Source: Methanopyrus kandleri AV19 (GTDB lineage: Archaea; JAADCQ01; Methanopyri; Methanopyrales; Methanopyraceae). Taken from it: a DNA stretch of 32,000 nt. The position numbers were made by a program, and so were the translations under genes. The DNA lies in the NCBI RefSeq assembly GCF_000007185.1, contig NC_003551.1, forward strand, positions 30,001-62,000. Direction: 5' to 3'. The notes beneath the pieces were generated by a model. The model searched no databases, was not told the DNA's origin, and saw only the letters and a program-made list of their open reading frames with translations. Of this stretch, positions 9,830 through 19,032 are shown piece after piece (positions within the stretch are counted from its first letter, which is position 1; each line of letters opens with the position of its first letter).

Positions 9830-10100
9830 ACGACCTCCCTTCGGTCGGCCAGTCGCGTTCGTAAAGAAATAGGTTTAGGAGAGACGAGACGTCACGAGCT
9901 CATAGGCGCTAGGCTGGCGATCTAGGGTGCGACTCCGGCACTGTCGCCCCTTCTACGATCTATTTTTTCCGTGCATGCGTGCGGGCTACGGCCTGCACAC
10001 CGGTTCCGATGTAGGTCGAACCTCGAAAGGAGTTCTCGGTGGGAATCCCAGCATGGGCCCGTCGTTTCTCAGAACCCCGCGACGTCCGGATTGGGGAAAT

Positions 10101-10109
10101 CATTATATC
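10101..10109 (+). promoter_or_regulatory. TATA box of rnpB
   Basis: GGGAAATCATTATATCCC about 25 nt upstream of the P1 helix. Confidence 0.55.
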
Positions 10110-10129
10110 CCGTCAACTGGACGTAAAGC

Positions 10130-10590
10130 CGGGCGGCGGTGGGTGGGCTGGCGGCTCCCCCGCCCCGAGGAAGGACCCGCCGGAGCAAGGCAATGAAGGC
10201 GGGTCCGTCGGGGTACGGCCGTGGGGCCGCTAAGGGGAGGAAGCTCCGCCCCCGGGCCCGGGCCCGCCGCCCCGAGAGGGGGCCGGCCGAGAGGCCGGGG
10301 ACCGGCCACAGAAACGACACGTCCGTCGGCGGATGGCGATGACGCGGCTGAGGCCCGCCGTGGGCGGGCCGAGAAGGGCCCCGGCGACGGGGCCCGAGCT
10401 AACCCGCAGAGGACGCCGGCGGGATCGGTGAAACGGGCCGCCCGGCGGGGGGCGAGGCCGAATGAGCCCGATGATACGAGGGTGATGCCCCCGATGAGTT
10501 CCCGGGCCGGAGGGGGATGGTAGGCCGCTGAGGTGAATGCCGCCGTCTAAGGCTACAGAAGGCGGGCTATAGCCCACCCACCGCCGCCCG
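10130..10590 (+). ncRNA. rnpB: RNase P RNA
   Basis: Perfect 20-bp terminal helix (10130-10149 CGGGCGGCGGTGGGTGGGCT with 10571-10590 AGCCCACCCACCGCCGCCCG), CR-I-like GAGGAAGGACC at 10167, ACAGAAAC at ~10308, CR-V-like GGCTACAGAAGGCGGGCTAT near the 3' end; very high GC. Confidence 0.92.
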
Positions 10591-10641
10591 CCCGTAATCG
10601 TCACGGGTGTCGTAACAAATAACGCAAGGGGTGGGACGCGC

Positions 10642-11760
10642 TCACGTGGATACCCCGGATCTCTCGGCGCCCGTAGCCCCCTTAACCAGTGGCACGAGTT
10701 CTTCGGCGCTAAGACCCACCTTGTACAGTTCACCCTGCCTCGACTCGCGCCGGGCCAGCTCCTTACGGACGTCGGAGATCACCCGCATTCGGTACAGGTC
10801 CCACTCGGGCTCGATCCTCTCCTCGTCCGGTGCCCTGTCCTTAGAGAGCCTCTGAATGAGGACGGTCGGCGCCATACGTTCCAGGGCATCGGCCAGGAGC
10901 CTGATGTACTCGCGGTAGCTCAGCGGCTTGTAGCGGCGATCGTAGTACATACGTTCCAGATCGGTACGCTCTAGCACGACCAGCGGATACAGCTTCACGG
11001 CCTCCACTCCGAGCACCGAGAGGACCCTGACGGTCTCAAGCATCTCGTCTCGGGTCTCACCGGGAAGCCCGAAGATGATGTGGTTAACTATTCGGATCCC
11101 GCGTTCCTTGGCCCGGGTGATGGCGTCGATCACCTCGGCAAGTCCGTGACCGCGCCGCGTGCGGCGCAAGGTGCGATGGTGGTAAGACTGAACCCCTATC
11201 TCGAGCCAGACGTCGTAACCTTCTTTGACGTAGCCCTCGAGGATGTCCAGGACCTCGTCCGGTAAGCAGTCCGGTCGTGTTCCTATGGATAGACCGACGA
11301 CGTCTTCCATCTCCAGGGCACGGTTGTACAGTTCCTCCAGGACGTCGGGAGGCGCGTAGGTGTTCGTGGCCGGGTAGAAGTACACGAGGAACTTCTCGGC
11401 ACCGTACCTCTCGCGGAACACTTCCATCTGCTTACGAGCCTGCTCCTCGAGCTTCTTACGCGGGTCCACGTTGGGAGTGATGATCGTCCTGCCCATCTTC
11501 GGGCAGAATAGGCACCCTTCCCGGGATATCCTGCCGTCCTTGTTCGGGCACACGAAGCCGGCGTCCACGGCCGCCTTCATAACCTTGCAACCTTTCTCGC
11601 GACGGTAATACGCGCCGAAGGCCGCGAACTTCTCTCCGTCCTCGTACAGCTCCCGGACTATCCGTTCGTCGACGTACCTGGGTAAGGCACCATCGGTCGC
11701 CGGTTCGACCTCCCGTTGGAGCGTCTCGAGGTCCCGGAGATCGGATTTAATAGCCCCCAC
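10642..11760 (-). CDS. Radical SAM protein, YhcC/TIGR01212-like
   Basis: CPNKDGRISREGCLFC, GIQ/IGVQSYHHRTLRRTRRGH, INHIIFGLPGET. Confidence 0.85.
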   Translation of the reverse strand: MGAIKSDLRDLETLQREVEPATDGALPRYVDERIVRELYEDGEKFAAFGAYYRREKGCKVMKAAVDAGFVCPNKDGRISREGCLFCPKMGRTIITPNVDPRKKLEEQARKQMEVFRERYGAEKFLVYFYPATNTYAPPDVLEELYNRALEMEDVVGLSIGTRPDCLPDEVLDILEGYVKEGYDVWLEIGVQSYHHRTLRRTRRGHGLAEVIDAITRAKERGIRIVNHIIFGLPGETRDEMLETVRVLSVLGVEAVKLYPLVVLERTDLERMYYDRRYKPLSYREYIRLLADALERMAPTVLIQRLSKDRAPDEERIEPEWDLYRMRVISDVRKELARRESRQGELYKVGLSAEELVPLVKGATGAERSGVST

Positions 11761-11814
11761 CCCCGTGTTGAGGTCGAGTTAACGGATACAAAAACCGCTC
11801 GGGAGTGGCGGTAC

Positions 11815-12918
11815 ATGCCACCGAAATGGTACAGGCACGTGATGAGAGTGCTCTCCGAATCGCACGTGGTGTTGGAGGTTCGAGACGTGCGATATCCGGA
11901 GGAGACACGGTGGGAAAAGCTCCCCAGACTGGAGGACGTGTTCGACTTCACCCGGGTGGTCGTGCTCAACAAGGCCGACCTGGTCCCCCGGGCCGAGACC
12001 GAGCGTGTGAAGGAGGAAGTGGAGCTCGAGGAGGACGTACCTGCGGTGTACGTAAGCGCACGCGAGCGCATGGGTTTCCGGCACCTCCGTAGGACCATCT
12101 ACGAGGTAGCGCCGGAAGACGTCGAGACCGTGAGAGTGGGTGTAGTAGGGTTTCAGAACGTCGGTAAGTCCACGATAATTAACGCATTGACCCGGAGGAG
12201 TGCCGCAGAAACCTCTCGACGTGCGGGATACACCCGCGGAAAGCAGTGGGTACGCGGTGGTAGGAAACTGTTGGTCATCGACTCGCCGGGTGTGATCCCG
12301 ACCGACGAGGCTGCGGCCGAGGCCGTGGCGCTGGATCCAGACGTCCTGGAGGATCCCGTAGAGCCGGCGTTAGGCGTGATCGAGCGCGTCGTCCGCGAGT
12401 ATCCAGGGGCACTGTCCGACAAATTCGGTATCGATGAATCGATGGATCCGGAGAGGATCCTCCGGGATATCTCAGAACGCTTGGGTAAAGACCTCAGAAC
12501 GACCGCGAAACTACTCCTCCGGGAGTGGGTGGACGGCAGCCTGGTGGAGATTTATCGGACCACGCGGGCCGACCTAGCTGAGACTTCGGAGCTAGAGGTA
12601 GGTGGCACCGCCCAGCGCTTAGTGGAGGAGACTCTCCGTGAGATCGAGGAAGTGGTACCCGAAGGTATCCCCCCTAGCGCCGCGACGGTCCGGGGGATTC
12701 TAACGAGGCTGGCCCACGGAGAGAACGTGGACGGCGTGGGATTCGGCACCATAAGGCTGGGTGAATACGGTGTGGGAGTGTCCGTCGGCGACCGGTACTA
12801 CGATCGAATGGTTAGGAGACTGCGTCGTGAACTGGGGGGCGAAGTGATCTCTGAGGAGCGGTTCAGAGTGGGCGCCAACGGGCGGAAGGCGGTGGCACTG
12901 GTGACCAAGGGTCGGTAG
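11815..12918 (+). CDS. Circularly permuted GTPase (YlqF/MJ1464-like); track ORF begins at 11716 but ATG 11815 is preferred
   Basis: MPPKWYRHVMRVLSESHVVLEVRDVR; G4 NKAD precedes G1 GFQNVGKST and G3 DSPG. Confidence 0.88.
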   Translation: MPPKWYRHVMRVLSESHVVLEVRDVRYPEETRWEKLPRLEDVFDFTRVVVLNKADLVPRAETERVKEEVELEEDVPAVYVSARERMGFRHLRRTIYEVAPEDVETVRVGVVGFQNVGKSTIINALTRRSAAETSRRAGYTRGKQWVRGGRKLLVIDSPGVIPTDEAAAEAVALDPDVLEDPVEPALGVIERVVREYPGALSDKFGIDESMDPERILRDISERLGKDLRTTAKLLLREWVDGSLVEIYRTTRADLAETSELEVGGTAQRLVEETLREIEEVVPEGIPPSAATVRGILTRLAHGENVDGVGFGTIRLGEYGVGVSVGDRYYDRMVRRLRRELGGEVISEERFRVGANGRKAVALVTKGR

Positions 12919-12981
12919 CGCGGGCCGGTTTCCTCACCTTCTGCCCTGATCGGACCCCATGGCCCTCCCCATCCCCTCGAA

Positions 12982-13039
12982 TCAGCGCGGGGAGTTCTCC
13001 GCATCTCCGGCCGTACTCGGAGCCTGAAACCGTCATCAT
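12982..13039 (-). ncRNA. C/D box sRNA candidate
   Basis: Reverse strand: C box ATGATGA (13039-13033), 12 nt, D' CCGA (13020-13017), 12 nt, C' ATGCGGA (13004-12998), 12 nt, D CTGA (12985-12982). Confidence 0.82.
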
Positions 13040-13092
13040 CCCAACCCGTGGACGGTTAGGTCCGTAAAAAAGCATCGTGGAGGGACTGCACG

Positions 13093-13638
13093 TTGATAGC
13101 TCTAGTGAAGTCCGTCGAGGAGTACAGGCGGCTTCTGGGAGAAGTCGTCGAGGAGGGTGATGTGGTGGTAGAGCTGGGATGCCACCGGGGCGCCGCCACT
13201 CGGATTATACTCACCGGCTCCCCCCGACGTGTCGTCGCCGTGGACTACGGTAAGGACGCCGAGGAGGCCATGCGAGAGTTGGAACGTAGTCATCCCGAGC
13301 TCACGTTCGTCAAAGGGGACGCCAGGGAATACGACACCCTCAAACGTGTCCTCGAAGAACTAGGCGGACCTGAATGTGACGTGCTGGCCGTGGACCTCGG
13401 CGGTGGTATGTTCCCGGACACCGCGTTCAAGGTGTACTACGTGTGGTCGGTGACACTGCGACCACGGGATGCGGTGGTACGAAACGCTGGTCTCTGCGAG
13501 TTTCTGAAGCTGGCCGAGCTCCGGGAAGAGGTGCACCTCGACGACGAGAACCGGGGTTATCTCGGAGAGTTGAGCCCTCCCGGGATCCCAGGTAGGATCC
13601 GAGAGCGGTTCGAAGAGTTCAAGTTGTGGAGGGGATGA
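13093..13638 (+). CDS. SAM-dependent methyltransferase-like protein
   Basis: VVVELGCHRGAATRIIL...VVAVDYG...FVKGDARE. Confidence 0.75.
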   Translation: MIALVKSVEEYRRLLGEVVEEGDVVVELGCHRGAATRIILTGSPRRVVAVDYGKDAEEAMRELERSHPELTFVKGDAREYDTLKRVLEELGGPECDVLAVDLGGGMFPDTAFKVYYVWSVTLRPRDAVVRNAGLCEFLKLAELREEVHLDDENRGYLGELSPPGIPGRIRERFEEFKLWRG

Positions 13639-13670
13639 GGAGCCTCTCAATTGTAGGTCGTATGGAGATA

Positions 13671-14753
13671 CTACGTCCTCCGTATGGCCACATACCGCTT
13701 GATCGGACACCGTGCCATGTCGTCACACGCCAAGCAATCCCTCGGGTGGTTCCTGCAGCCCGTTACCCTCGCGTAACCACCCATCAGGGCCGCGCCCTTG
13801 CGACCGTCGTAGTGTTTCAGGAGCTTGTCGGCGCACTCTCCGACCTCGGGCGGCACGCTCCCGTTTATACCCGGCATGCCCGACCACGTCGCGTGCAACC
13901 CGCATTCCCTGGCTATCTCGACGGCTCTCTCCATCAAGCGTTTCGGGGCTCCGGGGTGCCGTTCCAGGACGAAGTTAGGCCTGAACGCCAGGAAGCACAC
14001 CGGAACGGACTCGTCGAGGTCCGCCAGGAACTCGCACATCGCCCTAATCTCCTCCGTATCGTGGGCCTTCGGAATTAGAAGGATCCGAACTTCCCAAATT
14101 TTATCCAGATACTTGGGGATTAAGAACTCCAGGTTCCGCAAGACAGGCTCGACGCGGGCTCCCGTGATGGCCCGGTGAAGGGGATCGGAGTACGCTTTGA
14201 AGTCGAAGGTGATCGAGTCCGCCAACTTAACGATACGACGCATGCTCTTGCGCGTCGCGAACCCGTTCGTGTCGAAGTTGACCTTCCATAGGTCCGTCGT
14301 GTCCCGGTAATGCTCGACGACCTGCTCTATATAAGGCAGGTGTATGGTGGGCTCGCCGCCCGAGAAGAATATCCTGTCCGCCCCGATCATGCGACCCTGA
14401 TTCGTTTCGATCATGTTCACAGCCTCGACGGCGAGCTCTTTGGGATCCTGATAGCCCAGGGCCCGTCCCTCGGGGTTGTCGGGATAATGAGCTATATCCC
14501 AGTTCTGACAGTTGAGGCACCGATAATTGCATCCGGCCATGAACACCGTATAGCTGGCCGGTGGCGCCGGGTGAAGTTGCTTAGCGGCGATGACAGGTTC
14601 GGTGACGCGACAGACGCCGCGTTCCCCCTCGAGCCTGTCGACACCACATTCCCAGGCGCAGAGCTTACAGTTGCGTAGGTCCTTCACGCGACCACCCCAC
14701 ACCCGAACCAACACCTTTCTACACCCTCCGGGGATGACGAGGCGACCGAACAC
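13671..14753 (-). CDS. AmmeMemoRadiSam-type radical SAM protein (PFL-activase homologue)
   Basis: FMAGCNYRCLNCQNWDIAHYP CxxxCxxC, IFFSGGEPTIHLPYIEQV, MPGINGSVPPEV. Confidence 0.85.
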   Translation of the reverse strand: MFGRLVIPGGCRKVLVRVWGGRVKDLRNCKLCAWECGVDRLEGERGVCRVTEPVIAAKQLHPAPPASYTVFMAGCNYRCLNCQNWDIAHYPDNPEGRALGYQDPKELAVEAVNMIETNQGRMIGADRIFFSGGEPTIHLPYIEQVVEHYRDTTDLWKVNFDTNGFATRKSMRRIVKLADSITFDFKAYSDPLHRAITGARVEPVLRNLEFLIPKYLDKIWEVRILLIPKAHDTEEIRAMCEFLADLDESVPVCFLAFRPNFVLERHPGAPKRLMERAVEIARECGLHATWSGMPGINGSVPPEVGECADKLLKHYDGRKGAALMGGYARVTGCRNHPRDCLACDDMARCPIKRYVAIRRT

Positions 14754-14785
14754 CGATAAGTGAGGAACTCAGGCGGCGCTGACCC

Positions 14786-15367
14786 TTGCACTGGGAGGGT
14801 GAAAAAAGACGGAGGCTTAAGGAGCTGGAACGCGCCATAGAGCGGGGAGAGGTGGACGAAGCCGCCATTCCGGTCCTAGAGACCCTCAACTCGTTCGAAG
14901 AGTACTGTACGACCAGCAGCTGCTCCGGCCGGGTGGTCGTACTCCATGAGCCAGAGGTAGGTGACAAGATAGGGTCCGAGTTCGTGGCCAAGTGGCACGA
15001 GCCACCGGAGCCGGAGGAAGTTCGTGAAGCCGTGCTGAAAGCCCCTGAGGAAGGCATAACGTGGGTGAAAGCCCAGCCACCCCTGTTCCACGTGATGTGT
15101 AGGGACTTGGAGGCGGCCGTTCGGCTGAGGAATATCGCCTCAGAAGCCGGGTTCAAGGCGTCGTCCATACGTTCGGTCAAAAGTTCAAAGGTGATCGTAG
15201 AGATCCTCGGCGGTGAGCGGATGGACGTTCCGGCCAAAGTCAACGGGAAACTGACACTGCGCGAGAAGGCGTGGGATAGCGTCGTCGCCCTTTGCAACGA
15301 CATCCTACGGAGCGGGCACGAGCGGCTCAGTCGGCTGGTGGAAGCGCTGAAGGGGTTGAGCAGGTGA
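14786..15367 (+). CDS. taw3: Taw3/TYW3 wyosine-pathway methyltransferase
   Basis: NSFEEYCTTSSCSGRVVVL, WVKAQPPLFHVMCRDLEAA, GFKASSIRSVKSSKVIVEI. Confidence 0.92.
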   Translation: MHWEGEKRRRLKELERAIERGEVDEAAIPVLETLNSFEEYCTTSSCSGRVVVLHEPEVGDKIGSEFVAKWHEPPEPEEVREAVLKAPEEGITWVKAQPPLFHVMCRDLEAAVRLRNIASEAGFKASSIRSVKSSKVIVEILGGERMDVPAKVNGKLTLREKAWDSVVALCNDILRSGHERLSRLVEALKGLSR

Positions 15368-18300
15368 TGGTGCTGAAACGTGCCGCGGACATGGTTCCGA
15401 AAGGATTCCGGGATTTAGTCGAGCCCATCCTGGACGACTGTGCTGACTTGGAGGAGCTAGCGGATCGCGTCGTCGAAACCGAAATGGAGCCAGATGAAGT
15501 ACGCCGCAGAGACGTTGGGAACACCGATTCTAACGAGCCGGTGGCGATTTTCGGATCCTCGTGCGTCCTGTGCGGAGGTGACTGCTCGTCCGTCCGGCTC
15601 ACCTCCAGGATAGGTATTTGCGAGCGGTGTCTTCCGGTCGATACGGAGACGCTACGCGAAGTACTGAAGGAAGCCAGAAAACGTCACGGGTACGTAGGAG
15701 AGGCTTTACTGATGTTCATCCTGGTAGAACGCTACTCACCGGATCGGGTGGAGGAATTCTTCCGTCGGTACGTCTGGCCGGAACTGTTCACCGAGATCGT
15801 CGACAGGGTCTTCGACCGGGCTACCGGGTTCCGACTATATTCGGCACAACGTGTATGGACGCGGAGACTGGTTAAAGGTTGCAGTTTCTCGATACTGGCC
15901 CCGACCGGTACCGGCAAGACCTCTTGGGGCTCGTTAGTAGCGGCGGTGTTCGGACATGCCGGACGCAGGGTGTACTACCTAGTCCCAACCACAACTCTGG
16001 TCCGGCAGGTCGAAAATAGGATCAAGGGATTCGCGCGCGACGCCGAACTGGACGTCGATGTAGTCGCGTATCACGCGGCTATGCCCACCCAAGCTAAACG
16101 AGAGGCTTTAGAACGTATCTCTTCCGGAGATTTCGACGTTCTGATCACTACGGCGCAGTTCTTGGTTCACCGTGTGGAGGACCTCGAGAAGCTGAACTTC
16201 GATCTGATCTTAGTGGACGACGTGGACGCGATCATCCGGGGTACCGGACGCAACGTCGACCGCGTGCTCCGCGTCGCCGGACTCGAGCAGGAGGAGATCG
16301 ATAGCGCGTACAGGTTGGCTACCCTCCGACGGCGCTACTACTCACTCCGAGATTGGCTTCGGTCGTTGGAAGACCGCGGAGACAAGCGCGCGGAGCGTGT
16401 CCGGGAGGAACTCCGAGAGGTCGAGCGCGAGATCGAGGAGCTCGAGGAACTGTTGAAGCGGGTTAAAAAAGAGCGCGATCTCGCACGGATCGTGTTCATG
16501 AGCGCGACGGGAGCCGCGGCCCCCTCCAGACGTCTCGCCGTGGTCCGAGAGCTCTTCGATTTCGAGGTCGGAGCGGGCGGGGAGGGTCTCCGTAACATTC
16601 AGGACATCGCGGTGATCTCCGAGCCGTCCCCGGAAGCCGTGGAACGGATCGTCCGGAAAGCCGGCGTGAAGGGAGGTCTGATCTTCGTCCCACAGCGGTT
16701 ACCGGGAGAGAAGAAAGCCAGAGAGATCGTGGAGGAGCTCGCGGAGCACCTGCGGTCTTCAGGGATCGAGGCTCGAGCGATTCATGCCGGAACGCCCGCC
16801 GAGGAGCGGGAGGAGGCCATCGACGGCTTCTCCGAAGGGGACGTAGACGTTCTGGTGGCCGTAGCCAGCCCTTACGGCGTGATAGTTCGAGGTCTCGACT
16901 TACCACAAGCCGCCAGGTACGCGGTCTTCTACGGGGTCCCCCGACAGCGGATAAGGCTGACTCCGCGCGAGGAAGACCTCAAGGACCCGACATACGTAGC
17001 CTCGGCCCTGTCCAACCTGGCCAGACTGCTGGACGATCGCAGAGCGAGGAGTCGCTTGGAGGGTGTAGCGGGTCGACTGTGGAGGATCATCAGACGCGGG
17101 ACCTGGATCAGGGAGCGGCTGGAAGAGGCCGTGGAACCGCTCTCCTTGAATACGCTGATGAAACTCGCGAAGCGAGACCCGGAAGATATCGCCGAGCAAC
17201 TCGACGTCGACAGGTGGCTGGCACGGCACGTTCAAACGTTAGCCGAAGGTGTGCGAGAGCTGACTCGGTTGTTGGGCGACCCTGACCGGGTGAAGGCCCT
17301 GGCCGAAGAAGCTACGACGGTCGCTGTGTACGAAGAAGGCGAGGAAGCCTACTTGGAGGTTCCCGACCTCCGGACGTACATACAAGCCAGCGGTAGAGTT
17401 AGCCGTCTCTTCGCCGGTGGAGTGACCTTCGGGTTGTCCTTCGTCCTATGTCCCGAGGACGAACGCGAGCTTCGGACACTGAACGGTCTGATCCGACGCA
17501 TGTCCTACACCTACGGTTCGGAGTTCGAATGGAGGTCCTACCCGAAGTCTTTGGACATGAAGGAGATCGGTCTAGAGCTCAAGGAAATTTCGGACGAGGA
17601 ACTCGAGGAACTCGTGAGGAAGGTGGACGAAGACCGGGAACGAGTCCGGAAGGTACTCGCAGGCGAGCTGAAACCGGAGGAAACCGGTCGACTCGCCCGT
17701 TCAGCCTTGATGATCGTGGAATCTCCAAACAAGGCCCGCATGATCGCCTCGCTGTTCTCCCAGCGCCCGTCACGCCGCAGACTGAACGGAGGGGTGGCGT
17801 ACGAAGCTGCAGCGGACGGTCTTCATCTCACCGTCGTCGCCACACAGGGTCACGTCGCCGACTTGGTCGAAGAGCCCGGAGTCCACGGTGTGCTCCGGAT
17901 CGACGAACGCTGGGTGCCGATGTACGACGTCCTGGGCAGGTGTAGCGAGTGTGGTGAGCAGGTGGTCGGTTCCGAAGAGTGTCCGAACTGCGGCGGTGAA
18001 GTAGAGCTCAAGACCCCGCTTCTAGAGTCGATCCGGGAACTAGCCTCGGAGGCGGACGTGATACTCATCGGAACGGACCCGGACACCGAGGGAGAGAAGA
18101 TCGGATGGGACGTCTTCAACTACCTGGGCTGGACCACGGCCCAGGTGTACCGAACTGAGTTCCACGAGGTCACTAGACGCGGCATCTCCGAGGCACTGAA
18201 GGAAGAGAGCTGGAAGAACGTCGATGCAGGCCGTGTGTCGGCTCAGATTCTCCGGCGAGTGGCCGACAGATGGATCGGGTTCTCACTATCTCAGGACTTG

Positions 18301-19032
18301 TGGGACGTGTTCAAGCACCTCGAGATAAAGCTAGGAGAGCTCCCATCGGGCTCCAGGATCGAGGTGAGGCTGGACATCCCGAGCGGGGTAGAAGTAGTAG
18401 ATTTCCGGCGCACGTTCGACGAGGATTCCTCGGTCAGGTCCAGGTCGGTGAGACTGCGCCGAGAAGGCGACGAGTACGTGGTGCGTACTCGCATCAGTCG
18501 TGGCGGCGACGTGACGTATACCGCGACGCTTCTGGATCCGAACAGGAAGCTCGGAGACAGGAACGGAGTGCGACCGGAGCTTGTGCGTGTACGCGCGTCC
18601 GTCAACGGTGAGCCGGTCGATCCGAACGTCAAGCTGGAGCCGATGACGTGGCTGAGCGCTGGTCGAGTTCAAACCCCAGTGCTCGGATGGATCATAGATA
18701 GAGCCCGAGAATACCGTGAGACCGAGTTCTACGCGTGTCGCGCGGAGGTTCCGGCGGACGACGTGACCATCCGTGCATTGATCGAGGAACTGAAGGTACC
18801 GCGAGCTCTGACGGAGAAGTTGGACGAAGCCACGATCCGAGTGCTGTCCAAGATCGCGGAGGAGGGTCCTGACGCTGAGTTCTCCGAGGAAGAGGTAGGC
18901 CGGTTCACAGAGACCGAGCTGTTCGAACGGAAGGACGGACGCTACAGGCTCTCAGAGGAGGGGCGGAAGGTGCTGGAATCCGAAGGGGTCATAGGGCTGA
19001 TGCTGCACCTCGCGGGGGTCTCCGGTAGGTGA
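15367..19032 (+). CDS. rgyB: Reverse gyrase, large subunit of split enzyme (helicase + Toprim); track ORF begins upstream at 15292
   Basis: Zn finger CVLCGGDC..CERC, APTGTGKTSWG Walker A, LVDDVDAI, Toprim IVESPNKARMI/GTDPDTEGEKIGWD, SAGRVQTPVLGW; 1221 aa from ATG 15367; ends before a topo IA catalytic Tyr motif. Confidence 0.95.
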   Translation: MVLKRAADMVPKGFRDLVEPILDDCADLEELADRVVETEMEPDEVRRRDVGNTDSNEPVAIFGSSCVLCGGDCSSVRLTSRIGICERCLPVDTETLREVLKEARKRHGYVGEALLMFILVERYSPDRVEEFFRRYVWPELFTEIVDRVFDRATGFRLYSAQRVWTRRLVKGCSFSILAPTGTGKTSWGSLVAAVFGHAGRRVYYLVPTTTLVRQVENRIKGFARDAELDVDVVAYHAAMPTQAKREALERISSGDFDVLITTAQFLVHRVEDLEKLNFDLILVDDVDAIIRGTGRNVDRVLRVAGLEQEEIDSAYRLATLRRRYYSLRDWLRSLEDRGDKRAERVREELREVEREIEELEELLKRVKKERDLARIVFMSATGAAAPSRRLAVVRELFDFEVGAGGEGLRNIQDIAVISEPSPEAVERIVRKAGVKGGLIFVPQRLPGEKKAREIVEELAEHLRSSGIEARAIHAGTPAEEREEAIDGFSEGDVDVLVAVASPYGVIVRGLDLPQAARYAVFYGVPRQRIRLTPREEDLKDPTYVASALSNLARLLDDRRARSRLEGVAGRLWRIIRRGTWIRERLEEAVEPLSLNTLMKLAKRDPEDIAEQLDVDRWLARHVQTLAEGVRELTRLLGDPDRVKALAEEATTVAVYEEGEEAYLEVPDLRTYIQASGRVSRLFAGGVTFGLSFVLCPEDERELRTLNGLIRRMSYTYGSEFEWRSYPKSLDMKEIGLELKEISDEELEELVRKVDEDRERVRKVLAGELKPEETGRLARSALMIVESPNKARMIASLFSQRPSRRRLNGGVAYEAAADGLHLTVVATQGHVADLVEEPGVHGVLRIDERWVPMYDVLGRCSECGEQVVGSEECPNCGGEVELKTPLLESIRELASEADVILIGTDPDTEGEKIGWDVFNYLGWTTAQVYRTEFHEVTRRGISEALKEESWKNVDAGRVSAQILRRVADRWIGFSLSQDLWDVFKHLEIKLGELPSGSRIEVRLDIPSGVEVVDFRRTFDEDSSVRSRSVRLRREGDEYVVRTRISRGGDVTYTATLLDPNRKLGDRNGVRPELVRVRASVNGEPVDPNVKLEPMTWLSAGRVQTPVLGWIIDRAREYRETEFYACRAEVPADDVTIRALIEELKVPRALTEKLDEATIRVLSKIAEEGPDAEFSEEEVGRFTETELFERKDGRYRLSEEGRKVLESEGVIGLMLHLAGVSGR

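Noticed and set aside
10470-10505. Several TGATG/CGATGAG motifs considered as C/D boxes
   Set aside because: They are internal to RNase P RNA and lack paired CUGA boxes.
10139-10733. ORFs 10139-10342, 10221-10523 and 10230-10733 in the GC-rich segment
   Set aside because: They lie across rnpB; composition and conserved RNA elements explain the region, and the translations are low-complexity Pro/Arg/Gly.
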